A DNA stretch of 64,000 nt, taken from Squalus acanthias. Taxonomy: Eukaryota. How positions within the stretch are numbered: the stretch's first letter is position 1; the number at the start of each line of letters is the position of its first letter. The notes under the pieces were generated by a model. It worked only from the letters and a program-made list of their open reading frames with translations. It searched no databases and was not told the origin of the DNA. A program made the position numbers and the translations under genes. This document shows positions 1 through 14,699 of the stretch, one piece after another. The stretch is taken from contig CM059432.1 in assembly GCA_030390025.1 (NCBI GenBank), positions 129,830,001 through 129,894,000 on the forward strand, given 5' to 3'.

Positions 1-3000
1 GTCTCGATGGTGTAGTGTTGGTATGGTACAGATTGGGTTCAGTGCTCTAATGGTGTAGTGTTGGTATGGTACAAACTGGTTTCAGTGTCTGATGGTGTAG
101 TGTTGGTATGGTACAGACTGGTTTCAGTGTCGGATGGTGTAGTGTTGGTATGGTACAGACTGGTTTCAGTGTCTCGATGGTGCAGTGTTGGTATGGTACA
201 GACTTGTATCAGTGTCTGCTGGTGCAGTGTTGGTATGGTACAGACTGGTTTCAGTGCTCTGATGGTATAGTGTTGGTATGCTACAGACTGGTTTCAGTGC
301 TCTGATGGTGTAGTGTTGATATGTTACAGACTGGTTTCAGTGTCTGCTGGTATAGTGTTGGTATGGTACAGACTGGTTTCAGTGTCTCGATTGGGTAGTG
401 TTGGTTTGGTACAGACTGGTTTCAGTGCTCCGATGGTGTAGTTTTGGTCTGGTACAGACTGGTTTCAGTGTCTCGATGGTGTAGTGTTGGAATGGTACAG
501 ACTGTTATCAGTGTCTGATGGTGTACTGTTGGTATGGCACAGACTGGTTTCAGTGTCTGATGGTGTAGTGTTAGTATGGTACAGACTGGTATCAGTGTCT
601 GATGGTGTAGTGTTAGTATGGTACAGACTGGTATCAGTGTCTAGATCGTGTAGTGTTGGTATGGTACAGACTGTTTTCAGTGTCTCGATGTTGTAGTGTT
701 GGTATGGTACAGACTGGTTTCAGTGTCTGATGGTGTAGTGTTGGTATGGTACAGATTGGTTTCAGTCCTCTAATGGTGCAGTGTTGGTATGGTACAGACT
801 GGTTTCAGTGTCTCGATGGTGTAGTGTTGGTTTGATACAGACTGGTTTCAGTGCTCCGATGGTGTAGTGTTGGTATGGTACAGACTGGTTTCAGTGTCTC
901 GATGGTGTAGTGTTGGTATGGTACAGATTGGTTTCAGTGCTCTGATGGTATAGTGTTGGTATGGTACAGACTGGTTTCACTGTCTCGATGGTGTAGTGTT
1001 GGTATGGTACAGATTGGTTTCAGTGCTCTAATGGTGTAGTGTTGATATGGTACAAACTGGTTTCAGTGTCTGATGGTGTAGTGTTGGTATGGTACAAACT
1101 GGTTTCAGTGTCTCGATGGTGTAGTGTTGGTATGGTACAAACTGGTTTCAGTGCCCTGATGGTATAGTGTTGGTATGGTGCAGACTGGTTTCACTGTCTC
1201 GATGGTCTAGTGTTGTTATGGTACAGACTGGTTTCAGTGCTCTGATGGTGTAGTGTTGGTTTGATACAGACTGCTTTCAGTGTCTGATGGTGTAGTGTTG
1301 GTTTGATACAGACTGGTTTCAGTGTCTCGATGGTGTAGTGTTGGTATGGTACAGACTGTTTTCAGTGTATCGATGGTGTAGTGTTGGTATGGTACAGACT
1401 GTTTTCAGTGGCTCGATGGTGTAGTGTTGGTATGGTACAGACTGTTTTCAGTGTCTCGATGGTGTAGTGTTGGTATGGTATAGACTGTTTTCAGTGTCTT
1501 GATGGTGTAGTGGTGGTATGGTACAGACTGTTTTCAGTGTCTCGATGGTGTAGTGTTGGTATGGTACAGACTGGTTTCAGTGTCTCGATGGTGTAGTGTT
1601 GGTATGGTACAGACTGGTTTCAGTGTCTCGATGGTGTAGTGTTGGTATGGTACAGACTGTTTTCAGTGCCTGATGGTGTAGTGTTGGTATGTTGCAGACT
1701 GGTTTCAGTGTCTCGATGTTGTAGTGTTGGTATGGTACAGACTGGTTTCAATGCTATGATGGTGTAGTGTTGGTATGGTACATACTGTTTTCAGTGCCTG
1801 ATGGTGTAGTGTTGGTATGGTACAGACTGGTTTCAATGCTATGATGGTGTAGTGTTGGTATGGTACAAACTGGTTTCAGTGTCTCGATGGTGCAGTGTTG
1901 GTATGGTACAGACTGGTTTCAGTGTCTCGATGGTGCAGTGTTGGTATGGTACAGACTGGTTTCAGTGTCTCGATGGTGTTGTGTTGGTATGGTACAGACT
2001 GGTTTCACTGTCTGATGGTGTAGTGTTGGTATGGCACCTATTGGTTTCAGTGCTCTGATGGTGTAGTGTTGGTATGGAACAGACTGGTTTCAGTGCTCTG
2101 ATGGTATAGTGTTGGTATGGTACAGACTGGTTTCACTGTCTCGATGGTGTAGTGTTGGTATGGTACAGACTGGTTTCAGTATCTCGATAGTGTAGTGTTG
2201 GTATGGTACAGACTGGTTTCAGTGCTCTGATGGTGTAGTGTTGGTATGGTACAGACTGGTTTCATTGTCTGATGGTGTAGTGTTGGTATGGTATAGACTG
2301 GTTTCAGTGCTCTGATGGTACAGTGTTGGTATGGTACAGACTGGTTTCAGTGCTCTGATGGTGTAGTGTTGGTATGCTACAGACTGGTTTCAGTGCTCTG
2401 CTGGTGTAGTGTTGGTATGCTACAGACTGGTTTCAGTGCTCTGCTGGTGTAGTGTTGGTATGCTACAGACTGGTTTCAGTGCTCTGATGGTATAGTGTTG
2501 GTATGGTACAGACTGGTTTCAGTGTCTCGATGGTGTAGTGTTGGTATGGCACAGACTGGTTTCAGTGCTCGAATGGTGTAGTGTTGGTTTGATACAGACT
2601 GGTATCACTGTCTCGATGGTGTAGTGTTGGTACGCTACAGACTGGTTTCAGTGCTCTGCTGTTGTAGTGTTGGTATGGTACAGACTGGTTTCAGTGCTCC
2701 GATGGTGTAGTTTTGGTATGGTACAGACTGGTTTCAGTATCTCGATGGTGTAGTGTTGTTATGGTACGGACTGGTTTCAGTGTCTCGATGGTGTAGTGTT
2801 GGTATGGTACAGACTGGTTTCACTGTCTAATGGTGTAGTGTTGTTATGGTACAGACTGGTTTCAGTGTCTCGATGGTGTAGTGTTGGTATGGCACAGACT
2901 GGTTTCAGTGTCTGATGGTGTAGTGTTGGTATGGTACAGACTGGTTTCAGTGTCTGCTGGTGTAGTGTTGGTATGGTACAGATTGGTTTCAGTGCTCTAA

Positions 3001-6000
3001 TGGTGTAGTGTTGTTATGGTACAAACTGGTTTCAGTGCTCTGATGGTGTAGTGTTGGTATGGTACAGACTGGTTTCACTGTCTCGATGGTGTAGTGTTGG
3101 TATGGTACAGATTGGGTTCAGTGCTCTAATGGTGTTGTGTTGGTATGGTACAAACTGGTTTCAGTGTCTGATGGTGTAGTGTTGGTATGGTACAGACTGG
3201 TTTCACTGTCTCGATGGTGTAGTGTTGGTATGGTACAGATTGGGTTCAGTGCTCTAATGGTGTAGTGTTGGTATGGTACAAACTGGTTTCAGTGTCTGAT
3301 GGTGTAGTGTTGGTATGGTACAGACTGGTTTCAGTGTCGGATGGTGTAGTGTTGGTATGGTACAGACTGGTTTCAGTGTCTCGATGGTGCAGTGTTGGTA
3401 TGGTACAGACTTGTATCAGTGTCTGCTGGTGCAGTGTTGGTATGGTACAGACTGGTTTCAGTGCTCTGATGGTATAGTGTTGGTATGCTACAGACTGGTT
3501 TCAGTGCTCTGATGGTGTAGTGTTGATATGTTACAGACTGGTTTCAGTGTCTGCTGGTATAGTGTTGGTATGGTACAGACTGGTTTCAGTGTCTCGATTG
3601 GGTAGTGTTGGTATGGTACAGACTGGTTTCAGTGTCTGATGGTGTAGTGTTGGTTTGATACAGACTGGTTTCACTGTCTCGATGGTGTAGTGTTGGTATG
3701 GTACAGACTGTTTTCAGTGTCTCGATGGTGTAGTGTTGGTATGGCACAGACTGTTTTCAGTGTCTCGATCGTGTAGTGTTGGTATGGTATAGACTGTTTT
3801 CAGTGTCTTGATGGTGTAGTGGTGGTATGGTACAGACTGTTTTCAGTGTCTCGATGGTGTAGTGTTGGTATGGTACAGACTGGTTTCAGTGTCTCGATGG
3901 TGTAGTGTTGGTATGGTACAGACTGGTTTCAGTGTCTGATGGTGTAGTGTTGGTATGGTACAGACTGTTTTCAGTGCCTGATGGTGTAGTGTTGGTATGT
4001 TGCAGACTGGTTTCAGTGTCTCGATGGTGTAGTGTTGGTATGGTACAGACTGGTTTCAATGCTATGATGGTGTAGTGTTGGTATGGTACATACTGTTTTC
4101 AGTGCCTGATGGTGTAGTGTTGGTATGGTACAGACTGGTTTCAACGCTATTATGGTGTAGTGTTGGTATGGTACAGATTGGTTTCAGTGCTCTAATGGTG
4201 TAGTGTTGTTATGGTACAAACTGGTTTCAGTGCTCTGATGGTGTAGTGTTGGTATGGTACAGACTGGTTTCACTGTCTCGATGGTGTAGTGTTGGTATGG
4301 TACAGATTGGGTTCAGTGCTCTAATGGTGTTGTGTTGGTATGGTACAAACTGGTTTCAGTGTCTGATGGTGTAGTGTTGGTATGGTACAGACTGGTTTCA
4401 CTGTCTCGATGGTGTAGTGTTGGTATGGTACAGATTGGGTTCAGTGCTCTAATGGTGTAGTGTTGGTATGGTACAAACTGGTTTCAGTGTCTGATGGTGT
4501 AGTGTTGGTATGGTACAGACTGGTTTCAGTGTCGGATGGTGTAGTGTTGGTATGGTACAGACTGGTTTCAGTGTCTCGATGGTGCAGTGTTGGTATGGTA
4601 CAGACTTGTATCAGTGTCTGCTGGTGCAGTGTTGGTATGGTACAGACTGGTTTCAGTGCTCTGATGGTATAGTGTTGGTATGCTACAGACTGGTTTCAGT
4701 GCTCTGATGGTGTAGTGTTGATATGTTACAGACTGGTTTCAGTGTCTGCTGGTATAGTGTTGGTATGGTACAGACTGGTTTCAGTGTCTCGATTGGGTAG
4801 TGTTGGTATGGTACAGACTGGTTTCAGTGTCTGATGGTGTAGTGTTGGTTTGATACAGACTGGTTTCACTGTCTCGATGGTGTAGTGTTGGTATGGTACA
4901 GACTGTTTTCAGTGTCTCGATGGTGTAGTGTTGGTATGGTACAAACTGGTTTCAGTGCCCTGATGGTATAGTGTTGGTATGGTGCAGACTGGTTTCACTG
5001 TCTCGATGGTCTAGTGTTGTTATGGTACAGACTGGTTTCAGTGCTCTGATGGTGTAGTGTTGGTTTGATACAGACTGCTTTCAGTGTCTGATGGTGTAGT
5101 GTTGGTTTGATACAGACTGGTTTCAGTGTCTCGATGGTGTAGTGTTGGTATGGTACAGACTGTTTTCAGTGTATCGATGGTGTAGTGTTGGTATGGTACA
5201 GACTGTTTTCAGTGGCTCGATGGTGTAGTGTTGGTATGGTACAGACTGTTTTCAGTGTCTCGATGGTGTAGTGTTGGTATGGTATAGACTGTTTTCAGTG
5301 TCTTGATGGTGTAGTGGTGGTATGGTACAGACTGTTTTCAGTGTCTCGATGGTGTAGTGTTGGTATGGTACAGACTGGTTTCAGTGTCTCGATGGTGTAG
5401 TGTTGGTATGGTACAGACTGGTTTCAGTGTCTCGATGGTGTAGTGTTGGTATGGTACAGACTGTTTTCAGTGCCTGATGGTGTAGTGTTGGTATGTTGCA
5501 GACTGGTTTCAGTGTCTCGATGTTGTAGTGTTGGTATGGTACAGACTGGTTTCAATGCTATGATGGTGTAGTGTTGGTATGGTACATACTGTTTTCAGCG
5601 CCTGATGGTGTAGTGTTGGTATGGTACAAACTGGTTTCAGTGTCTCGATGGTGCAGTGTTGGTATGGTACAGACTGGTTTCAGTGTCTCGATGGTGCAGT
5701 GTTGGTATGGTACAGACTGGTTTCAGTGTCTCGATGGTGTTGTGTTGGTATGGTACAGACTGGTTTCACTGTCTGATGGTGTAGTGTTGGTATGGCACCT
5801 ATTGGTTTCAGTGCTCTGATGGTGTAGTGTTGGTATGGAACAGACTGGTTTCAGTGCTCTGATGGTATAGTGTTGGTATGGTGCAGACTGGTTTCAGTGT
5901 CTCGATGGTGTAGTGTTGGTATGGTACAGACTGGTTTCACTGTCTCGATGGTGTAGTGTTGGTATGGTACAGACTGGTTTCAGTATCTCGATAGTGTAGT

Positions 6001-9000
6001 GTTGGTATGGTACAGACTGGTTTCAGTGCTCTGATGGTGTAGTGTTGGTATGGTACAGACTGGTTTCATTGTCTGATGGTGTAGTGTTGGTATGGTATAG
6101 ACTGGTTTCAGTGCTCTGATGGTACAGTGTTGGTATGCTACAGACTGGTTTCAGTGCTCTGATGGTGTAGTGTTGGTATGCTACAGACTGGTTTCAGTGC
6201 TCTGCTGGTGTAGTGTTGGTATGGTATAGACTGGTTTCAGTGCTCTGATGGTATAGTGTTGGTATGGTACAGACTGGTTTCAGTGTCTCGATGGTGTAGT
6301 GTTGGTATGGCACAGACTGGTTTCAGTGCTCGAATGGTGTAGTGTTGGTTTGATACAGACTGGTATCACTGTCTCGATGGTGTAGTGTTGGTACGCTACA
6401 GACTGGTTTCAGTGCTCTGCTGTTGTAGTGTTGGTATGGTACAGACTGGTTTCAGTGCTCTAATGGTGTAGTGTTGGTATGGTACAGACTGGTTTCAGTG
6501 CTCTGATGGTGTAGTTTTGGTATGGTACAGACTGGTTTCAGTGCTCCGATGGTGTAGTTTTGGTATGGTACAGACTGGTTTCAGTATCTCGATGGTGTAG
6601 TGTTGTTATGGTACGGACTGGTTTCAGTGTCTCGATGGTGTAGTGTTGGTATGGTACAGACTGGTTTCACTGTCTAATGGTGTAGTGTTGTTATGGTACA
6701 GACTGGTTTCAGTGTCTCGATGGTGTAGTGTTGGTATGGCACAGACTGGTTTCAGTGTCTGATGGTGTAGTGTTGGTATGGTACAGACTGGTTTCAGTGT
6801 CTGCTGGTGTAGTGTTGGTATGGTACAGATTGGTTTCAGTGCTCTAATGGTGTAGTGTTGTTATGGTACAAACTGGTTTCAGTGCTCTGATGGTGTAGTG
6901 TTGGTATGGTACAGACTGGTTTCACTGTCTCGATGGTGTAGTGTTGGTATGGTACAGATTGGGTTCAGTGCTCTAATGGTGTTGTGTTGGTATGGTACAA
7001 ACTGGTTTCAGTGTCTGATGGTGTAGTGTTGGTATGGTACAGACTGGTTTCACTGTCTCGATGGTGTAGTGTTGGTATGGTACAGATTGGGTTCAGTGCT
7101 CTAATGGTGTAGTGTTGGTATGGTACAAACTGGTTTCAGTGTCTGATGGTGTAGTGTTGGTATGGTACAGACTGGTTTCAGTGTCGGATGGTGTAGTGTT
7201 GGTATGGTACAGACTGGTTTCAGTGTCTCGATGGTGCAGTGTTGGTATGGTACAGACTTGTATCAGTGTCTGCTGGTGCAGTGTTGGTATGGTACAGACT
7301 GGTTTCAGTGCTCTGATGGTATAGTGTTGGTATGCTACAGACTGGTTTCAGTGCTCTGATGGTGTAGTGTTGATATGTTACAGACTGGTTTCAGTGTCTG
7401 CTGGTATAGTGTTGGTATGGTACAGACTGGTTTCAGTGTCTCGATTGGGTAGTGTTGGTATGGTACAGACTGGTTTCAGTGTCTGATGGTGTAGTGTTGG
7501 TTTGATACAGACTGGTTTCACTGTCTCGATGGTGTAGTGTTGGTATGGTACAGACTGTTTTCAGTGTCTCGATGGTGTAGTGTTGGTATGGCACAGACTG
7601 TTTTCAGTGTCTCGATCGTGTAGTGTTGGTATGGTATAGACTGTTTTCAGTGTCTTGATGGTGTAGTGGTGGTATGGTACAGACTGTTTTCAGTGTCTCG
7701 ATGGTGTAGTGTTGGTATGGTACAGACTGGTTTCAGTGTCTCGATGGTGTAGTGTTGGTATGGTACAGACTGGTTTCAGTGTCTGATGGTGTAGTGTTGG
7801 TATGGTACAGACTGTTTTCAGTGCCTGATGGTGTAGTGTTGGTATGTTGCAGACTGGTTTCAGTGTCTCGATGGTGTAGTGTTGGTATGGTACAGACTGG
7901 TTTCAATGCTATGATGGTGTAGTGTTGGTATGGTACATACTGTTTTCAGTGCCTGATGGTGTAGTGTTGGTATGGTACAGACTGGTTTCAACGCTATTAT
8001 GGTGTAGTGTTGGTATGGTACAGATTGGTTTCAGTGCTCTAATGGTGTAGTGTTGTTATGGTACAAACTGGTTTCAGTGCTCTGATGGTGTAGTGTTGGT
8101 ATGGTACAGACTGGTTTCACTGTCTCGATGGTGTAGTGTTGGTATGGTACAGTTTGGGTTCAGTGCTCTAATGGTGTTGTGTTGGTATGGTACAAACTGG
8201 TTTCAGTGTCTGATGGTGTAGTGTTGGTATGGTACAGACTGGTTTCACTGTCTCGATGGTGTAGTGTTGGTATGGTACAGATTGGGTTCAGTGCTCTAAT
8301 GGTGTAGTGTTGGTATGGTACAAACTGGTTTCAGTGTCTGATGGTGTAGTGTTGGTATGGTACAGACTGGTTTCAGTGTCGGATGGTGTAGTGTTGGTAT
8401 GGTACAGACTGGTTTCAGTGTCTCGATGGTGCAGTGTTGGTATGGTACAGACTTGTATCAGTGTCTGCTGGTGCAGTGTTGGTATGGTACAGACTGGTTT
8501 CAGTGCTCTGATGGTATAGTGTTGGTATGCTACAGACTGGTTTCAGTGCTCTGATGGTGTAGTGTTGATATGTTACAGACTGGTTTCAGTGTCTGCTGGT
8601 ATAGTGTTGGTATGGTACAGACTGGTTTCAGTGTCTCGATTGGGTAGTGTTGGTATGGTACAGACTGGTTTCAGTGTCTGATGGTGTAGTGTTGGTTTGA
8701 TACAGACTGGTTTCACTGTCTCGATGGTGTAGTGTTGGTATGGTACAGACTGTTTTCAGTGTCTCGATGGTGTAGTGTTGGTATGGTACAAACTGGTTTC
8801 AGTGCCCTGATGGTATAGTGTTGGTATGGTGCAGACTGGTTTCACTGTCTCGATGGTCTAGTGTTGTTATGGTACAGACTGGTTTCAGTGCTCTGATGGT
8901 GTAGTGTTGGTTTGATACAGACTGCTTTCAGTGTCTGATGGTGTAGTGTTGGTTTGATACAGACTGGTTTCAGTGTCTCGATGGTGTAGTGTTGGTATGG

Positions 9001-12000
9001 TACAGACTGTTTTCAGTGTATCGATGGTGTAGTGTTGGTATGGTACAGACTGTTTTCAGTGGCTCGATGGTGTAGTGTTGGTATGGTACAGACTGTTTTC
9101 AGTGTCTCGATGGTGTAGTGTTGGTATGGTATAGACTGTTTTCAGTGTCTTGATGGTGTAGTGGTGGTATGGTACAGACTGTTTTCAGTGTCTCGATGGT
9201 GTAGTGTTGGTATGGTACAGACTGGTTTCAGTGTCTCGATGGTGTAGTGTTGGTATGGTACAGACTGGTTTCAGTGTCTCGATGGTGTAGTGTTGGTATG
9301 GTACAGACTGTTTTCAGTGCCTGATGGTGTAGTGTTGGTATGTTGCAGACTGGTTTCAGTGTCTCGATGTTGTAGTGTTGGTATGGTACAGACTGGTTTC
9401 AATGCTATGATGGTGTAGTGTTGGTATGGTACATACTGTTTTCAGTGCCTGATGGTGTAGTGTTGGTATGGTACAGACTGGTTTCAATGCTATGATGGTG
9501 TAGTGTTGGTATGGTACAAACTGGTTTCAGTGTCTCGATGGTGCAGTGTTGGTATGGTACAGACTGGTTTCAGTGTCTCGATGGTGCAGTGTTGGTATGG
9601 TACAGACTGGTTTCAGTGTCTCGATGGTGTTGTGTTGGTATGGTACAGACTGGTTTCACTGTCTGATGGTGTAGTGTTGGTATGGCACCTATTGGTTTCA
9701 GTGCTCTGATGGTGTAGTGTTGGTATGGAACAGACTGGTTTCAGTGCTCTGATGGTATAGTGTTGGTATGGTGCAGACTGGTTTCAGTGTCTCGATGGTG
9801 TAGTGTTGGTATGGTACAGACTGGTTTCAGTGTCTCGATGGTGTAGTGTTGGTATGGTACAGACTGGTTTCAGTATCTCGATGGTGTAGTGTTGGTATGG
9901 TACAGACTGGTTTCAGTGCTCTGATGGTGTAGTGTTGGTATGGTACAGACTGGTTTCAGTGTCTGATGGTGTAGTGTTGGTATGGTACAGACTGGTTTCA
10001 GTGTCTGATGGTGTAGTGTTGGTATGGTACAGACTGGTTTCAGTGTCTGATGGTACAGTGTTGGTATGGTACAGACTGGTTTCAGTGTCTGATGGTGTAG
10101 TGTTGGTATGGTATAGACTGGTTTCAGTGCTCTGATGGTACAGTGTTGGTATGGTACAGACTGGTTTCAGTGCTCTGATGGTGCAGTGTTGGTATGCTAC
10201 AGACTGGTTTCAGTGCTCTGCTGGTGTAGTGTTGGTATGGTACAGACTGGTTTCAGTGTCTCGATGGTGTAGTGTTGGTATGGTATAGACTGGTTTCAGT
10301 GCTCTGATGGTATAGTGTTGGTATGGTACAGACTGGTTTCAGTGTCTCGATGGTGTAGTGTTGGTATGGCACAGACTGGTTTCAGTGCTCGAATGGTGTA
10401 GTGTTGGTTTGATACAGACTGGTATCACTGTCTCGATGGTGTAGTGTTGGTACGCTACAGACTGGTTTCAGTGCTCTGCTGTTGTAGTGTTGGTATGGTA
10501 CAGACTGGTTTCAGTGCTCTGATGGTGTAGTTTTGGTATGGTACAGACTGGTTTCAGTGCTCCGATGGTGTAGTTTTGGTATGGTACAGACTGGTTTCAG
10601 TATCTCGATGGTGTAGTGTTGTTATGGTACGGACTGGTTTCAGTGTCTCGATGGTGTAGTGTTGGTATGGTACAGACTGGTTTCACTGTCTAATGGTGTA
10701 GTGTTGTTATGGTACAGACTGGTTTCAGTGTCTCGATGGTGTAGTGTTGGTATGGCACAGACTGGTTTCAGTGTCTGATGGTGTAGTGTTGGTATGGTAC
10801 AGACTGGTTTCAGTGTCTGCTGGTGTAGTGTTGGTATGGTACAGATTGGTTTCAGTGCTCTAATGGTGTAGTGTTGTTATGGTACAAACTGGTTTCAGTG
10901 CTCTGATGGTGTAGTGTTGGTATGGTACAGACTGGTTTCACTGTCTCGATGGTGTAGTGTTGGTATGGTACAGATTGGGTTCAGTGCTCTAATGGTGTTG
11001 TGTTGGTATGGTACAAACTGGTTTCAGTGTCTGATGGTGTAGTGTTGGTATGGTACAGACTGGTTTCACTGTCTCGATGGTGTAGTGTTGGTATGGTACA
11101 GATTGGGTTCAGTGCTCTAATGGTGTAGTGTTGGTATGGTACAAACTGGTTTCAGTGTCTGATGGTGTAGTGTTGGTATGGTACAGACTGGTTTCAGTGT
11201 CGGATGGTGTAGTGTTGGTATGGTACAGACTGGTTTCAGTGTCTCGATGGTGCAGTGTTGGTATGGTACAGACTTGTATCAGTGTCTGCTGGTGCAGTGT
11301 TGGTATGGTACAGACTGGTTTCAGTGCTCTGATGGTATAGTGTTGGTATGCTACAGACTGGTTTCAGTGCTCTGATGGTGTAGTGTTGATATGTTACAGA
11401 CTGGTTTCAGTGTCTGCTGGTATAGTGTTGGTATGGTACAGACTGGTTTCAGTGTCTCGATTGGGTAGTGTTGGTATGGTACAGACTGGTTTCAGTGTCT
11501 GATGGTGTAGTGTTGGTTTGATACAGACTGGTTTCACTGTCTCGATGGTGTAGTGTTGGTATGGTACAGACTGTTTTCAGTGTCTCGATGGTGTAGTGTT
11601 GGTATGGCACAGACTGTTTTCAGTGTCTCGATCGTGTAGTGTTGGTATGGTATAGACTGTTTTCAGTGTCTTGATGGTGTAGTGGTGGTATGGTACAGAC
11701 TGTTTTCAGTGTCTCGATGGTGTAGTGTTGGTATGGTACAGACTGGTTTCAGTGTCTCGATGGTGTAGTGTTGGTATGGTACAGACTGGTTTCAGTGTCT
11801 GATGGTGTAGTGTTGGTATGGTACAGACTGTTTTCAGTGCCTGATGGTGTAGTGTTGGTATGTTGCAGACTGGTTTCAGTGTCTCGATGGTGTAGTGTTG
11901 GTATGGTACAGACTGGTTTCAATGCTATGATGGTGTAGTGTTGGTATGGTACAGATTGGTTTCAGTGCTCTAATGGTGTAGTGTTGTTATGGTACAAACT

Positions 12001-12400
12001 GGTTTCAGTGCTCTGATGGTGTAGTGTTGGTATGGTACAGACTGGTTTCACTGTCTTGATGGTGTAGTGTTGGTATGGTACAGTTTGGGTTCAGTGCTCT
12101 AATGGTGTTGTGTTGGTATGGTACAAACTGGTTTCAGTGTCTGATGGTGTAGTGTTGGTATGGTACAGACTGGTTTCACTGTCTCGATGGTGTAGTGTTG
12201 GTATGGTACAGATTGGGTTCAGTGCTCTAATGGTGTAGTGTTGGTATGGTACAAACTGGTTTCAGTGTCTGATGGTGTAGTGTTGGTATGGTACAGACTG
12301 GTTTCAGTGTCGGATGGTGTAGTGTTGGTATGGTACAGACTGGTTTCAGTGTCTCGATGGTGCAGTGTTGGTAAGGTACGACTTGTATCCGAGTTGCTGG
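1..12400 (+). repeat. Left satellite domain with a ~3.85-4.0 kb higher-order repeat containing a ~1.1-1.2 kb internal duplication
   Basis: Variant blocks recur with starts at 58, 3265, 4460, 7112, 8307, 11128 and 12238 (3265->7112 and 4460->8307 are both 3847 bp; 3265->4460 and 7112->8307 are both 1195 bp). The rare marker ggcacctattgg occurs at ~2033, ~5794 and ~9684. Confidence 0.9.
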
Positions 12401-14699
12401 TGCAGTGTTGGTATGGTACAGACTGGTTTCAGTGCTCTGATGGTATAGTGTTGGTATGCTACAGACTGGTTTCAGTGCTCTGATGGTGTAGTGTTTGATA
12501 TGTTACAGACTGGTATCAGTGTCTGCTGGCTATAGTGGTTGGTATGGCTACAGACTGGGGTTTTACAGTGTCTCGATTGGGTAGTGTTGGCTATGGCTAC
12601 AGACTGGTTTTCAGTGTCTGATGGTGTAGCTGTGGTTTTGATACAGACTGGTTTCACTGTCTCGATGGTGTAGTGTTGGTATGGTACCAGACTGTTTACA
12701 GTGTCTCGATGGTGTAGTGTTGGTATGGTACAGACTGTTTCAGTGCTCGATGGTGTAGTGTTGGTATGGTACAGACTGGTTTCAGTGTCTCGATGGTGTA
12801 GTGTTGGTATGGTACAGACTGGTTTCAGTGCTCGATGGTGTAGTGTTGGTATGGTACAGACTGTTTCAGTGTCTCGATGGTGTAGTGTTGGTATGGTACA
12901 GACTGGTTTTCAGTGTCTCGATGGTGTAGTGTTGGTATGGTACAGACTGTTTTCAGTGTCTCGATGGTGTAGTGTTGGTATGGTACAGACTGGTTTCAGT
13001 GTCTCGATGGTGTAGTGTTGGTATGGTACAGACTGTTTTCAGTGTCTCGATGGTGTAGTGTTGGTATGGTACAGACTGTTTTCAGTGTCTCGATGGTGTA
13101 GTGTTGGTATGGTACAGACTGGTTTCAGTGTCTCGATGGTGTAGTGTTGGTATGGTACAGACTGGTTTTCAGTGTCTCGATGGTGTAGTGTTGGTATGGT
13201 ACAGACTGGTTTCAGTGTCTCGATGGTGTAGTGTTGGTATGGTACAGACTGGTTTCAGTGCTCTGATGGTGTAGTGTTGGTATGGTACAGACTGTTTCAG
13301 TGTCTCGATGGTGTAGTGTTGGTATGGTACAGACTGGTTTCAATGCTCTGATGGTGTAGTGTTGGTATGGTACAACTGGTTTCAGTGCTCTGATGGTGTA
13401 GTGTTGGTATGGTACAGACTGGTTTCAGTGTCTGATGGTGTAGTGTTGGTATGGTACAGACTGGTTTCAGTGCTCTGATGGTGTAGTGTTGGTATGGTAC
13501 AGACTGGTTTCAGTGCTCTGATGGTGTAGTGTTGGTATGGTACAGACTGGTTTCAGTGTCTCGATGGTGTAGTGTTGGTATGCTACAGACTGGTTTCAGT
13601 GCTCTGATTGTGTAGTGTTGGTATGGTACAGACTGGTTTCAGTGTCTGATGGTGTAGTGTTGGTATGGTACAGACTGGTTTCAGTGCTCTGATGGTGTAG
13701 TGTTGGTATGGTACAGACTGGTTTCAGTGCTCTGATGGTGTAGTGTTGGTATGGTACAGACTGGTTTCAGTGTCTGATGGTGTAGTGTTGGTATGGTACA
13801 GACTGGTTTCAGTGTCTCGATGGTGTAGTGTTGGTATGGTACAGACTGGTTTCAGTGTCTCGATGGTGTAGTGTTGGTATGGTACAGACTGGTTTCAGTG
13901 CTCTGATGGTGTAGTGTTGGTATGGTACAGACTGGTTTCAGTGCTCTGATGGTGTAGTGTTGGTATGGTACAGACTGGTTTCAGTGTCTCGATGGTGTAG
14001 TGTTGGTATGGTACAGACTGGTTTCAGTGCTCTGATGGTGTAGTGTTGGTATGGTACAGACTGGTTTCAGTGCTCTGATGGTGTAGTGTTGGTATGGTAC
14101 AGACTGGTTTCAGTGCTCTGATGGTGTAGTGTTGGTATGGTACAGACTGGTTTCAGTGCTCTGATGGTGTAGTGTTGGTATGGTACAGACTGGTTTCAGT
14201 GCTCTGATGGTGTAGTGTTGGTATGGACAGACTGGTTTCAGTGCTCCGATGGTGTAGTGTTGGTATGGTACAGACTGGTTTCACTGTCTCGATGGTGTAG
14301 TGTTGTATGGTACAGACTGGTTGCAGTGTCTCGAGGTGTAGTGTTGTATGGTACAGACTGGTTTCAGTCGTCTGATGGTGTAGTGTTGGTATGGTACAGA
14401 CTGGTTTCAGTGCTCTGATGGGTAGGTGTTGGTATGGTACAGACTGGTTTCAGTGCTCGATGGTGTAGTGTTGGTATGGTACAGACTGGTTTCAGTGTCT
14501 CGCTGGTGTAGAGTTGTTATGGTACAGACTGGTTTCAGTGTCTCGATGGTAGTGTTGGTATGGTACAGACTGGTTTCAGTGTCTGATGGTGTAGTGTTGG
14601 TATGGTACAGACTGGTTTCAGGTCTCGATGGTGTAGTGTTTGGTATGGCTACAGACTGGTTTTTTCGTGTCCTGATGGTGTAGTGTTGGTATGGTACAG

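Noticed and set aside
960..1000. RAG recombination-signal-like words (CACTGTC, GGTTTCAGT)
   Set aside because: No correct heptamer (CACAGTG) paired with a nonamer at 12/23 spacing, and no V, D or J coding segments.
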